Shown: positions 53,004 to 61,907, counted from the stretch's first letter. The stretch is DNA of 64,000 nt from an uncultured Bacteroidales bacterium (GCA_963831935.1 CAWHSH010000004.1:461571-525570), one strand, 5' to 3'. Numbers and translations are program-made. The notes: generated by a model from the sequence alone, not told the origin.

Positions 53004-53600
53004 TTAACTTATTTTACAAATTGCATAAGCTTCAATCTCTACAAGGAGGGTTTCCCAGCATAGCCTTGCCTGTATTCCGGTACTGGCAGGCAAAGGATCC
53101 AGATTCATCCACCTGAAGAAAGAAGTTCTTATTTTGTTGAATTCTTCATAGTCTCTTTCAATATCCCTCAGATAATTAGTGGTCCTGACCACATCATGCC
53201 ATGTCATTCCTTCAGACTGGAGGAGATTTGTTATATTCCTGTAAGTTCTCCAGGTCTGAGCTTTAAAATCACCAATATGTTCTGGTTTGCCATCTTCATT
53301 CACACTGGCTGTTCCGGAAATCAGCAAGGTCTTATAACCACCAAATTCAAGCCGTAACGCCCTGGTAAAGGAGGATGGTTTTTTATAATCATATGCTTCA
53401 TTAATAACCTGCGGAGCATGAACGGAGGCTTTCTCAATGGGAGGCCGTTCCTTATGAACAGCAGGATAGTTGTAGCTGTGAATGAAGGTATCATCTGACA
53501 ACATTCCAAGTTTTGTCATCTCATCACGCTCCCCTTTCGTAAGCTTTGTCAGATCTATTAATAATTGTGTATTCTCTGTTTTATAACCTGGGATTATCAT
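53004..53600 (-). CDS. YjgF/RidA-fold protein with N-terminal extension (chorismatase FkbO/Hyg5-like SGTAS motif)
   Basis: LLISGTASVNEDGKPEHIGDFKAQTWRTYRNITNLL...VEIEAYA. The RidA-type core is preceded by about 70 extra residues. No signal peptide. Confidence 0.55.
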   Translation of the reverse strand: MIIPGYKTENTQLLIDLTKLTKGERDEMTKLGMLSDDTFIHSYNYPAVHKERPPIEKASVHAPQVINEAYDYKKPSSFTRALRLEFGGYKTLLISGTASVNEDGKPEHIGDFKAQTWRTYRNITNLLQSEGMTWHDVVRTTNYLRDIERDYEEFNKIRTSFFRWMNLDPLPASTGIQARLCWETLLVEIEAYAICKIS

Positions 53601-53626
53601 ATTCTTATATTTACGATTTCAATAAA

Positions 53627-54817
53627 TTATCTGAGCAACTCACCCCTGCTGACTCCACTTGAAGTAGCAACCCACAAAACATCATCTTTCGCATCAACAC
53701 CTATAATAAAATTATGTGAAATTGATGGGGAAAGCTGTATTTCTTTCTTTTCAGACCCTGTTGTAATAATTGCTTTACCATTCCGGCTGTTGTCATCTTT
53801 CTTATATGTGACCCATGTTGTGCCGTCAGTACTGCTTAATCCGTTGTCGCTGCATACAAAAACTACCCTGCCTTCAGCTCTCAGGAAATTGATAAAATTG
53901 CTGGCAAGGCCACTGTCTTCTTTAAAATAGCCTTTCCAGTTTTTCCCGTCGTAGCGGCTCATACCGAAGTAGGTCGAGACCCATAATATACTGTCGGCAT
54001 AAGAAGTGGCGGTTGTTATATCATGGACTATGCCATCATCGGGCTGAAGGTCAATTTCCATAAAGCCGTCGGGATCAGTGTAATCCCTGAAATGTCTGGT
54101 TTGTGTATTGTATTCTATCACGCCGCCTCCCCATGCGGCAATCCAGACTTTTCCATCCCCGGCTGACAGGGCATAGGTCCATGGTTCATGCATCGGGGCA
54201 TTCATTTCAGTGAATATTTCCCATTGCCTTGTTTCAGTATCATAATGTCCGGCACCGCCACCAGTGGCAACCCAGATATCTTTTCCGTAGCAAAAAACGT
54301 TGTAAACCAAATCATTTGGCAATCCGCTGTTGAACTGGTTAAAGGTCTCAAATTTACCGCCGGACCAGCGGTTGAGACCTCCCAGTGTTCCGATCCAGAC
54401 ATCACCGGTGAGCTGGCTCACATCTATGGATACAACACCATTATGAGCCAGTCCATCTTTCGTGGTGTATGTATGCCATTTATCATTTTCATAAACTGCG
54501 AGACCATCATGTGTTCCGACAAGTACACGGTTTCCATCAATCCTTACCGTATAGGCTTTGTCTGATGGCAGTCCGTCCTTTGATGTAAAGTTACGCCAGT
54601 GTCCATAAACAGGCATGGCTCTCGCTTCCTTTATTACACCGGAACTATTACCGGGACTGGTATCACTGGTATTTGGCGGGATGCCGGCTATGGATTGATT
54701 ATCCTTCTTTTCAGGCCTTTCATCTCTCACCGGTTTTTTTATTATTATCAAACCTGCCACCACAACAACTATCAGGATTATTGCAGTGATAAAATATTTA
54801 AATGACTTTTTTTTCAT
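53627..54817 (-). CDS. Membrane-anchored two-component-regulator-propeller (Reg_prop) repeat protein without output domain
   Basis: N-terminal TM (ITAIILIVVVVAGLIII). Repeated units VWIGTLGGLNRW / IWVATGGGAGHYD / VWIAAWGGGVIEY / LWVATSSGVSRG. Confidence 0.7.
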   Translation of the reverse strand: MKKKSFKYFITAIILIVVVVAGLIIIKKPVRDERPEKKDNQSIAGIPPNTSDTSPGNSSGVIKEARAMPVYGHWRNFTSKDGLPSDKAYTVRIDGNRVLVGTHDGLAVYENDKWHTYTTKDGLAHNGVVSIDVSQLTGDVWIGTLGGLNRWSGGKFETFNQFNSGLPNDLVYNVFCYGKDIWVATGGGAGHYDTETRQWEIFTEMNAPMHEPWTYALSAGDGKVWIAAWGGGVIEYNTQTRHFRDYTDPDGFMEIDLQPDDGIVHDITTATSYADSILWVSTYFGMSRYDGKNWKGYFKEDSGLASNFINFLRAEGRVVFVCSDNGLSSTDGTTWVTYKKDDNSRNGKAIITTGSEKKEIQLSPSISHNFIIGVDAKDDVLWVATSSGVSRGELLR

Positions 54818-54849
54818 CTGTTCATAATTTTGTTTTTTAATGGTCAGAT

Positions 54850-54907
54850 GGAATATCCATGAATGATCATTTCGGTTTGTGATTTTACTTTTTAATCATG
54901 GATATTT
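54850..54907. repeat. Inverted repeat (about 11-bp stem aatatccatga/tcatggatatt) in the largest internal gap of the cluster
   Basis: Read directly in the 123-nt spacer between 54941..56977 and 53627..54817. Confidence 0.4.
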
Positions 54908-54940
54908 CATAGATTTCAGTCTAGGTATCCAAGTTTAAGT

Positions 54941-56977
54941 TTAATTATGTCTCAGCGATGCATGGAGTATTTTGGTTTTGTTTTGTTCGTATTCAGGGTC
55001 TCTGAGAGATTTAAGGTATTCTATCAGTTCGTTAAGCTCTATTTTGGTAAGATCATTGACCGATCCATGTTGTTCAGTTTTGCCGTATAATGTCCATATT
55101 TCTTCAAGTGTCCTGGCACGTCCGTCATGCAGGTACGGAGGTGAAGCGAAAATGTTGTTCAGATGAGGAGTGTCGAAAAGTATTGAATCATCTGAAAAAG
55201 CAAGTGTACCGACATCCGCTTTTTTCTTATTTGTAAAATATGGGGCAGGATGACAGGTTACACAACGGTTCACAACCGGGATCTCATAGCCGCGTTTATC
55301 GTGTGTCCGTTCAAAAATCTCCTTTCCACGAATCTGTGCTTCCGTGAGCTCACCATCCGGATTATACAAAAGGTCAGGAGGATTGTCTATTCCGGTCATA
55401 ATATATGCGGTTATGGCATCAAGCTCTTTGTAGTTGAAGGCTTCGGTTCTGGTCAGGACGGTGGAAAACCTCATGCCATCCTGTTTGTAGACTGACTGGT
55501 TCATCCCGTTCCATTTATATGGAGGTGTTTCGCCAATATGCCTTAGCGATTGAGTGTTTGTCATATTCCGACCCATATCTTTTGATGCCATATTGTAGAC
55601 GAGCCCGTCTTCGTGGGCATCAGGATGACAGGTATAACATGAGTACTGGTTCTGAAAAGTATGTCCGGCATTATTGAGCAGCCTGCGTCCAAGGCGGTGG
55701 ACAGTAATCCGTCTTGGTCCGCCCAGATCAATTGTTCCGATTGTTCCAAGACTGTCGGTGCTGATAACAGCTATTCTGTCCTGTAGATGTTCAGCAACAT
55801 AAAGTCTTTTACCGTCAGGAGAAAGCGCTAGACCCTTTGGATTGGCTCCGGTGGGAATCCGTTTAATAACAAACCGACTGCTTATACCGAGGTGATTGGA
55901 ATATAAATTAAGCATTTCATCAGTTGATTCCGCAAGGATATCCCTTACAGCACCTATATCTATTACAGAAATGCAATCCACGCCCGAATGGGAAACAAAT
56001 GCCCTTTTGCCATCGGGAGTAATAGCTATTCCAAAAGGATCAGCATAATATGCGTTTGGTTCATCAAGAAGCAGTTGAATTATCCTTCCCGGTGATCCTT
56101 GTTCAACGATTCCTATCCCGTCTGTCATCATCCAGCCTCTTTCAACCTGTAAAGTGGGGACATTGTTTTTTGGTCTTATAAGAGGCATAAATGCCAGGTC
56201 ACCGGAGGGAGTAAAAGCTATATTTTCCATCAGGTAGGCCGATTTGATATCCTTTCGATCAACGACCCTTTGGTTTTTGTTATTTACAACCGTCAACTCA
56301 CATCTTATGGTATCTCCAAATGGGGCAGATAAGGTCCGGCGGCTTGTTACATACAACAGTTTGCCATCGGGGGAAATTTTTACACCCGTTGGATTGTTGC
56401 CGGCAGAAAGCCTTTTTTGTTCAGTTCCTGTAGAAAGGTCGATCACTGATATGTCGGATGAGAAAGAGTTTACAACATAAAGATATTGTCCGTCAGCACT
56501 TAATGCCAACCCTGCCGGACCATTCCCGGTTTTGAGGGTGTCGGTTACGATGAACTTTTCAAGGTCGATTACCGATACATTATCTGACCATTGATTGCTG
56601 ACAAAAGCCGTTTTCCCGTCCTTGCTCAGTACAACACTATGCGGACGAATTCCGACCCTGATCTTATGTTTTACCTTGCCTTTTTCAGTATCGACCACAA
56701 GCAATGCATTACCTTCTTCTGCAACTGCATAAAGATCTCTCCCGTTTTCGGAAACAGTCAGATTAAATGGGGAATAATATTGGGCATCAATGAATTTTGA
56801 AATAATCTTCGACTTTTTTAAATAAAGGTGGCACGACAAACACTCCAGCGGATGATCAGTAGCGGCAGTCATATAGTTAACATGCTCCCGTGCCCAGCGG
56901 TGAAAAGGAAAAGATAAAACAGCACCAACGGTAAATAGAGCTCCAAGAGGTATTATAATCTTTAAATACTTTCTCAT
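54941..56977 (-). CDS. Tri-haem protein: N-terminal anchor + CXXCH, YVTN-type beta-propeller, di-haem cytochrome c peroxidase/MauG-fold domain
   Basis: CLSCH near the N-terminus. At least 6 blades (PHSVVLSKDGKTAFVSN, PAGLALSADGQYLYVVN, PTGVKISPDGKLLYVTS, PKGLALSPDGKRLYVAE). CYTCHPDAHEDG, CVTCHP, PPYLHDGRARTLEEI. Confidence 0.8.
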   Translation of the reverse strand: MRKYLKIIIPLGALFTVGAVLSFPFHRWAREHVNYMTAATDHPLECLSCHLYLKKSKIISKFIDAQYYSPFNLTVSENGRDLYAVAEEGNALLVVDTEKGKVKHKIRVGIRPHSVVLSKDGKTAFVSNQWSDNVSVIDLEKFIVTDTLKTGNGPAGLALSADGQYLYVVNSFSSDISVIDLSTGTEQKRLSAGNNPTGVKISPDGKLLYVTSRRTLSAPFGDTIRCELTVVNNKNQRVVDRKDIKSAYLMENIAFTPSGDLAFMPLIRPKNNVPTLQVERGWMMTDGIGIVEQGSPGRIIQLLLDEPNAYYADPFGIAITPDGKRAFVSHSGVDCISVIDIGAVRDILAESTDEMLNLYSNHLGISSRFVIKRIPTGANPKGLALSPDGKRLYVAEHLQDRIAVISTDSLGTIGTIDLGGPRRITVHRLGRRLLNNAGHTFQNQYSCYTCHPDAHEDGLVYNMASKDMGRNMTNTQSLRHIGETPPYKWNGMNQSVYKQDGMRFSTVLTRTEAFNYKELDAITAYIMTGIDNPPDLLYNPDGELTEAQIRGKEIFERTHDKRGYEIPVVNRCVTCHPAPYFTNKKKADVGTLAFSDDSILFDTPHLNNIFASPPYLHDGRARTLEEIWTLYGKTEQHGSVNDLTKIELNELIEYLKSLRDPEYEQNKTKILHASLRHN

Positions 56978-56979
56978 AT

Positions 56980-58413
56980 CTATTCCAGTTCTACGATTTT
57001 TTCTTTGATCGCGGTAATATGAACAGGGATGATCACCGGAGCTTTTGTTACAGCAAGGGATACCCTGTTTTCCGGTACCAGTTCAGGATCTTCATGACAA
57101 CCGATACACCCGCGGCGTTCATTTGGGCGTAACCATAACCATGAGCACGGGCCATTTATGACATTTCCTTTTTCATCAAGGGTTCTGATCCGGAATGGAG
57201 TGTCGGCCAAAACTTTTAAATTAAATGAGCCGTCCTTTTCCACCTGAACAATCCCGTAAGTAGTATCGACACCCAGAACTTCAATCTTCCCTGCCTTTGG
57301 CAGATTGCCAGGACCAACCGGCAATAACGGATTAATAAAGTTAATATTCTGGCAAAGCAGTAATCCGGTCTTTACCTGCATATCCACTTCGCTTGGCAGC
57401 TTCTTAGGCATTTCATGCTCCCTCACCTCAGCAACATCCAGAACATTATATTGAGAATCAGAAAAAATTGTTTGCCCGAGTGACTTTTTGACCGGATCAA
57501 AAACAAAAAGAGCAAAATTTTCTAAATCCGATCTTCGGAAAGAAACCAGATATTTGTCCGTATTAAGAGGCATTACATAAAAAAACTCTCCATCGATCCC
57601 GGATGAAATATTTTTGCGTGTATGTAAAGGTCTGTTGTAACTGATCGAGATCACATCTTTTCCTTCTTTATTCCCTTCATCAGTTTCGATAAAAACAATC
57701 CTGCCATCGGTTGTTTCGTTTGCTTTGCTTAACAAAATGCTGCCTTTTTCCGCCTCATAAAACAGGTCGGCTTTGGTTCCGTCGGGGCGCATGACTTTTA
57801 ACATTGGAGTGCCCGTTTCCGGCATCACTGGCATGCTTAATGTCAGCAGCCTGCCATCCTTTAGAACAGAAGTAACAATGTTGGTCTGAGGACTGAATGT
57901 TATCTGTTTCAGGCCGGAGCCATCGGGATTACATGTAAAAAGGCAATGTGCTTTCTTCACAGTGTCATTGACAGTCAGTTTACTGAATACCAGTCGTCCG
58001 CCCGGCAGATAGGCCGGATCAGTGCAGTCTTCTCTGAATGACCTGATTTTTCTGGATTTAAGATTAACAAGCTCCATCTCCCAGATCTGCCAGGGATCGT
58101 TTGCATTCTGCTGTGCCGCAAAAAGCATGAATCGGCCGTTAAATGAAATTTCAGGAAAGGAGGCAGAATAAAAATCTTTCGTAAGGACCTTAAATGATGC
58201 AGGTTTATCGGGATTGAATGCGACTATCCGTGCCCCGGGCAAATATCGCCGGGATTCACCGGAGATATAATCATGATCCTGAATTTTACCCGGATACTCA
58301 GTTGCCACCAGCATCCCGCTTCTAACTGATTTTCCCCTGCATGAAAGTAAAATCACAGAGGAGATACTTATGCAAGCTGCGCTGAGTATGATAGTTGTGC
58401 GATTAATTTTCAT
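56980..58413 (-). CDS. HzsA-like lipoprotein: TolB/PD40-type propeller + C-terminal mono-haem (CIGCH) domain
   Basis: Lipobox ILLSCRG. PD40-like blades. C-terminal GPCSWLWLRPNERRGCIGCHEDPELVPEN resembles, from memory, the hydrazine-synthase alpha middle-domain family. Confidence 0.6.
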   Translation of the reverse strand: MKINRTTIILSAACISISSVILLSCRGKSVRSGMLVATEYPGKIQDHDYISGESRRYLPGARIVAFNPDKPASFKVLTKDFYSASFPEISFNGRFMLFAAQQNANDPWQIWEMELVNLKSRKIRSFREDCTDPAYLPGGRLVFSKLTVNDTVKKAHCLFTCNPDGSGLKQITFSPQTNIVTSVLKDGRLLTLSMPVMPETGTPMLKVMRPDGTKADLFYEAEKGSILLSKANETTDGRIVFIETDEGNKEGKDVISISYNRPLHTRKNISSGIDGEFFYVMPLNTDKYLVSFRRSDLENFALFVFDPVKKSLGQTIFSDSQYNVLDVAEVREHEMPKKLPSEVDMQVKTGLLLCQNINFINPLLPVGPGNLPKAGKIEVLGVDTTYGIVQVEKDGSFNLKVLADTPFRIRTLDEKGNVINGPCSWLWLRPNERRGCIGCHEDPELVPENRVSLAVTKAPVIIPVHITAIKEKIVELE

Positions 58414-58422
58414 GAACCAGTG

Positions 58423-60123
58423 TCATTTAGGCTCTTTAACTTCCAGGATCTGATTTGCTTTGATATTTTCGAGTGTCTGTACTTTACCGGATGGCCAGGT
58501 TATTTCTATCATGTCGGCAGTTTCATTTTTAGCGAGGCCGAAATGCATCCTCGGGTCATTTTGTGAAAGGTAACCGGTTGTACTTTTTTTCTGTGCCGTC
58601 TGGACTTTGCCTCCGGATGTTAATTTCACCCTTGCTCCGACTCCGTCGCGGTTGCTGGTTGTACCTATAATATTAATTATCAGCCAGTTGTTCTGGTTGC
58701 CTTTATTATTGCGCAGGAATACTGACTGGCTGTTAAGGTTAACGATAAATATATCCATATCGCCGTCATTGTCATAGTCACCGAGGCATGCTCCGCGTCC
58801 GACAAGCTCCCTTTGAAAGTATTTGCCCAGTTCCAGGGATACATCCCTGAATTTGCCGGTGCCGTCGTTATTAAACATCTGGTCTTCCTGCCCATACAGG
58901 TGTTTAAGAGCACCGTTGGTTTTAAAGATGTCGACATCGCCGTCATTATCGTAATCGACAAATGATGAAGACCATCCTACAAACTGTGCTGCAGCCATCG
59001 ATATATTTGAAGAAACACCTTTATCCGAGAAAATACCGTTACCCATATTCTCATACAGTGAGCAGTAGGAATCATCAGACACAAACAGATCGAGTAGTCC
59101 ATCACCATTAAAATCAGAAAAATCGACCGACATGCTTACGGTTGCTTCACCTGCCTGACTGAATGCTGTACCTGACATTGTTCCGTTATTGACAAATTTC
59201 TTTCCCCCTTCGTTATGCCAGAGATAATTCAATGTATGATCGTTGGCTACATAAATATCAACATAACCGTCCTGATCATAATCCGCTGCACCCACACCCA
59301 TAGCTCTGCCATCAACATCTGTTATACCCATGCTTTCTGTTACATCGCTGAAAGTTCCGTCACCGTTGTTATGATATAAAACATCCTTCTGGCTGTCGTA
59401 GGCCATAGGACCCGGGAAACCGTCGGGAGCGTAATAGTATTTATACTCCGGATCGAACTCAAGATAATTGCCAACATAAATATCCAGGTAACTGTCATTG
59501 TCATAATCAAGCCATACTGCTCCTACACTGCACTCCTTTCCTCCGCCGGTATTTGACCGTCGTGTAACATCCGAAAATGTGCCGTTCCCGTTATTCTTAA
59601 GCAGCACATTCGGGCCATAATTACTAATGTATATATCAGGATAACCATCGTTATTGTAATCACCGACTGTGACACCCATGCTATACCAGGGCCCGCCCAC
59701 TCCGGCTCTTTTTGTAACGTCTTCATAAGTTCCGTCGCCCCTGTTGCGGAAAAGGTGGTTCCCGGGCAATTCAGCCGGTTTTTCACTCTTGCTGAAACCT
59801 TCAATCCATGTGCCGCTGCAGGCATATATATCAATGAAACCATCCTGGTCATAGTCGAGAAAAGCGGCGCCGCCTCCGTCTGATTCAATAATATTGGTCA
59901 GATCGCTGGCACCTAAGGAGTGAATAAAATTCAGTCCGATCTGCTGTCCTATTTCCTGAAAATAATCTTCAGAGGCAGCAGGAATATTTGCTGAAGTTTT
60001 CTTTCCTGCCCGGGGAGAGGGATTATTTGACTGGCAACCCTGAAAGGCCAGAAAAAGGATAATAAAAAAGAGATAATACCTATTTATATTTATATTTCTC
60101 CGAAAATTCTTTTTTCTAATCAT
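58423..60123 (-). CDS. CRTAC1-family lipoprotein (FG-GAP/VCBS + ASPIC/UnbV), copy A
   Basis: Lipobox LAFQGCQ. FG-GAP units (DYDQDGFIDIY, DYNNDGYPDIY, DYDNDGDVDIF). C-terminal NNWLIINIIG..YLSQNDPRMHFGLA..ITWPSG. Confidence 0.85.
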   Translation of the reverse strand: MIRKKNFRRNININRYYLFFIILFLAFQGCQSNNPSPRAGKKTSANIPAASEDYFQEIGQQIGLNFIHSLGASDLTNIIESDGGGAAFLDYDQDGFIDIYACSGTWIEGFSKSEKPAELPGNHLFRNRGDGTYEDVTKRAGVGGPWYSMGVTVGDYNNDGYPDIYISNYGPNVLLKNNGNGTFSDVTRRSNTGGGKECSVGAVWLDYDNDSYLDIYVGNYLEFDPEYKYYYAPDGFPGPMAYDSQKDVLYHNNGDGTFSDVTESMGITDVDGRAMGVGAADYDQDGYVDIYVANDHTLNYLWHNEGGKKFVNNGTMSGTAFSQAGEATVSMSVDFSDFNGDGLLDLFVSDDSYCSLYENMGNGIFSDKGVSSNISMAAAQFVGWSSSFVDYDNDGDVDIFKTNGALKHLYGQEDQMFNNDGTGKFRDVSLELGKYFQRELVGRGACLGDYDNDGDMDIFIVNLNSQSVFLRNNKGNQNNWLIINIIGTTSNRDGVGARVKLTSGGKVQTAQKKSTTGYLSQNDPRMHFGLAKNETADMIEITWPSGKVQTLENIKANQILEVKEPK

Positions 60124-60443
60124 TCTGTCAGGTATCAGAGGGTTTACAAACTTTCCAAAAAAATCAGGGCGTAAATATATTAATTTTCGTCATTCCGGTA
60201 ATAATTGAAAAAATGTCCGATTTTCGGGCGCCTCTGAGAAACAATCAACTTACACCCTGTGTGATTTTTTTTATAACCCTGACAGGCAATTTTCAGGAGC
60301 CGGTATCTAACCCTGATACGGCTCCTTAAATTCCCTGAACGATATAAAAAAAATTGACTATGCAAACTAACCTGCACAATTGTAAAACATAACTATTAAA
60401 CGGGAATTAAAATGAGATTAAAAAAGGATTAAAATCAAAAGAA

Positions 60444-60500
60444 CTTACACGGAGTTCCACAGAAAAGAACCTATGTCAACCTCTGTGACCCTCTGTGTTA
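60444..60500. repeat. Heptamer-array repeat (family A), everted arrangement CACGGAG/CACAGAA ... CTCTGTG x2
   Basis: The string cttacacggagttccacagaaaag..cctctgtgaccctctgtgtta lies just downstream of the histidine kinase stop. Confidence 0.65.
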
Positions 60501-60530
60501 GTTTTTAAAAGGAAACGAGAATAAGAAATC

Positions 60531-61907
60531 TTATGAAAAGGAAGGAAGCTTAATTATAACAGTCGTTCCTTTTCCAACAATTGATGACAGACTGATTAAA
60601 CCATTATGGTTTTTAATTATCCTTTTCACGAGAGAAAGTCCTATCCCGCTTCCAGGAACAGAAGCCGAATTGGCTCCCCGATAGAAAGGTTCAAAGATTT
60701 TCCCGAGATCTTCTTCTGATATACCAACACCTTTATCTTCAAAAATAACTTCTATCCATTTTTCCGAGTGTGCGAACTTTATATCCACCGCGTGGCCGGG
60801 CGAGTATTTGCATGCGTTTTCTATAATATTTGAGACTGCAACCTTAAGTAAATACTCATCTCCGGCCACAGTCATCTGATCTGAATCGGTCAATGAGCTG
60901 TCAATTGAAATATTAATGCGGAATCCGTCATTAAACTTCCTTATCTCATCCTGAGCCTGCCAGAGGATGTCATCTATCCTGACTTTTTTATTAAAATTCC
61001 CGGGACTTTCAGAACTGGTTCGCGCTATAAGCAACAACCTGTTTAACAGGTCGATCAACGATCTGATATCTTCAAGCACTGACCCAACGGCAGCCTTATA
61101 CTCTTCTGTTGACCGGTCTTTCAGCATCAGGATCTCCAGCTGGCCGTTTATAGAGGTAAGCGGTGTCCTCATCTCATGCGAAGCGTTGGCAATAAAGTCC
61201 TTCTGCGTGGCAAAGGATGTTTCAAGCCGTTCAAGCATCTTATTGAATGTTTTTGCGAGTCTGCCGATCTCGTCAGTTCCATTGCCTTCATTTACTCTAA
61301 GATTAAGGCTGGTAACAGAAATATCTTCCACTTTTTTCACTACGTCCGAGATCGGCTTTAGTGCTCTGTGTGAATAAAACCACCCGGCAACAAAAAATAA
61401 TAAAAAACTGACCAGGCAAACAACCAATAATATTGTTTTTAATTTTTTCAGGTGTGAAAACCCTTCGCTATCGGTAGCAGCAGCAATCACCACAAATTGA
61501 GCCTGAGTCCGGTTCACCCTATATAATGCCCCCAGGACTTCAAATGAACCCTGTCTATAAGTAATCCTACCGGTTGATTTTATTTGTTGAAGAATCTCAT
61601 TTGTTACTTTTATTTCCCCGGTTTCATCCGAACTATATAATGTATCATTCAGATTGTTGAGAATGATTATTCTTTTGTTTTGCAGGTTTGCAGGATTATC
61701 ATTTTCGATAATCCTTGCAAGGTCCGGGGCTGGTGCATATGGATCCAGAATAAATCTGGCTGTGCTCCTTGACTGATTCCTTAAACGGGCGTAAAAATCC
61801 TCTTTCCGGAAATTGGCCGAAGAATAATATATTGCAATTGATGCAATTATCATAATTAATCCTCCCAGCAGGAGAAACTGTAAGGTTAATCTGGTCCTTA
61901 TCTTCAT
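60531..61907 (-). CDS. Sensor histidine kinase (2 TM, HAMP, HisKA, HATPase_c)
   Basis: H-box ASHEMRTPLTSI, N-box and G-boxes (GVGISEED, GSGIGLSLV), two hydrophobic helices flanking a periplasmic segment of about 130 aa. Confidence 0.9.
   Translation of the reverse strand: MKIRTRLTLQFLLLGGLIMIIASIAIYYSSANFRKEDFYARLRNQSRSTARFILDPYAPAPDLARIIENDNPANLQNKRIIILNNLNDTLYSSDETGEIKVTNEILQQIKSTGRITYRQGSFEVLGALYRVNRTQAQFVVIAAATDSEGFSHLKKLKTILLVVCLVSFLLFFVAGWFYSHRALKPISDVVKKVEDISVTSLNLRVNEGNGTDEIGRLAKTFNKMLERLETSFATQKDFIANASHEMRTPLTSINGQLEILMLKDRSTEEYKAAVGSVLEDIRSLIDLLNRLLLIARTSSESPGNFNKKVRIDDILWQAQDEIRKFNDGFRINISIDSSLTDSDQMTVAGDEYLLKVAVSNIIENACKYSPGHAVDIKFAHSEKWIEVIFEDKGVGISEEDLGKIFEPFYRGANSASVPGSGIGLSLVKRIIKNHNGLISLSSIVGKGTTVIIKLPSFS

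Noticed and set aside
54941-58413. Genuine anammox hydrazine synthase
   Set aside because: The alpha-like protein is only 477 aa with one CXXCH, whereas HzsA is about 800 aa with two haems. No hydrazine dehydrogenase or HAO-like octahaem genes occur in the window. The genomic context is Bacteroidota. The resemblance is architectural only.
60354-60368. 15-nt identity (aattgactatgcaaa) with the SusC start region at 63124..63138, which might indicate a duplicated promoter or 5' end
   Set aside because: For a 64-kb AT-rich window, one or two 15-mers shared by chance are expected. The similarity does not extend on either side.
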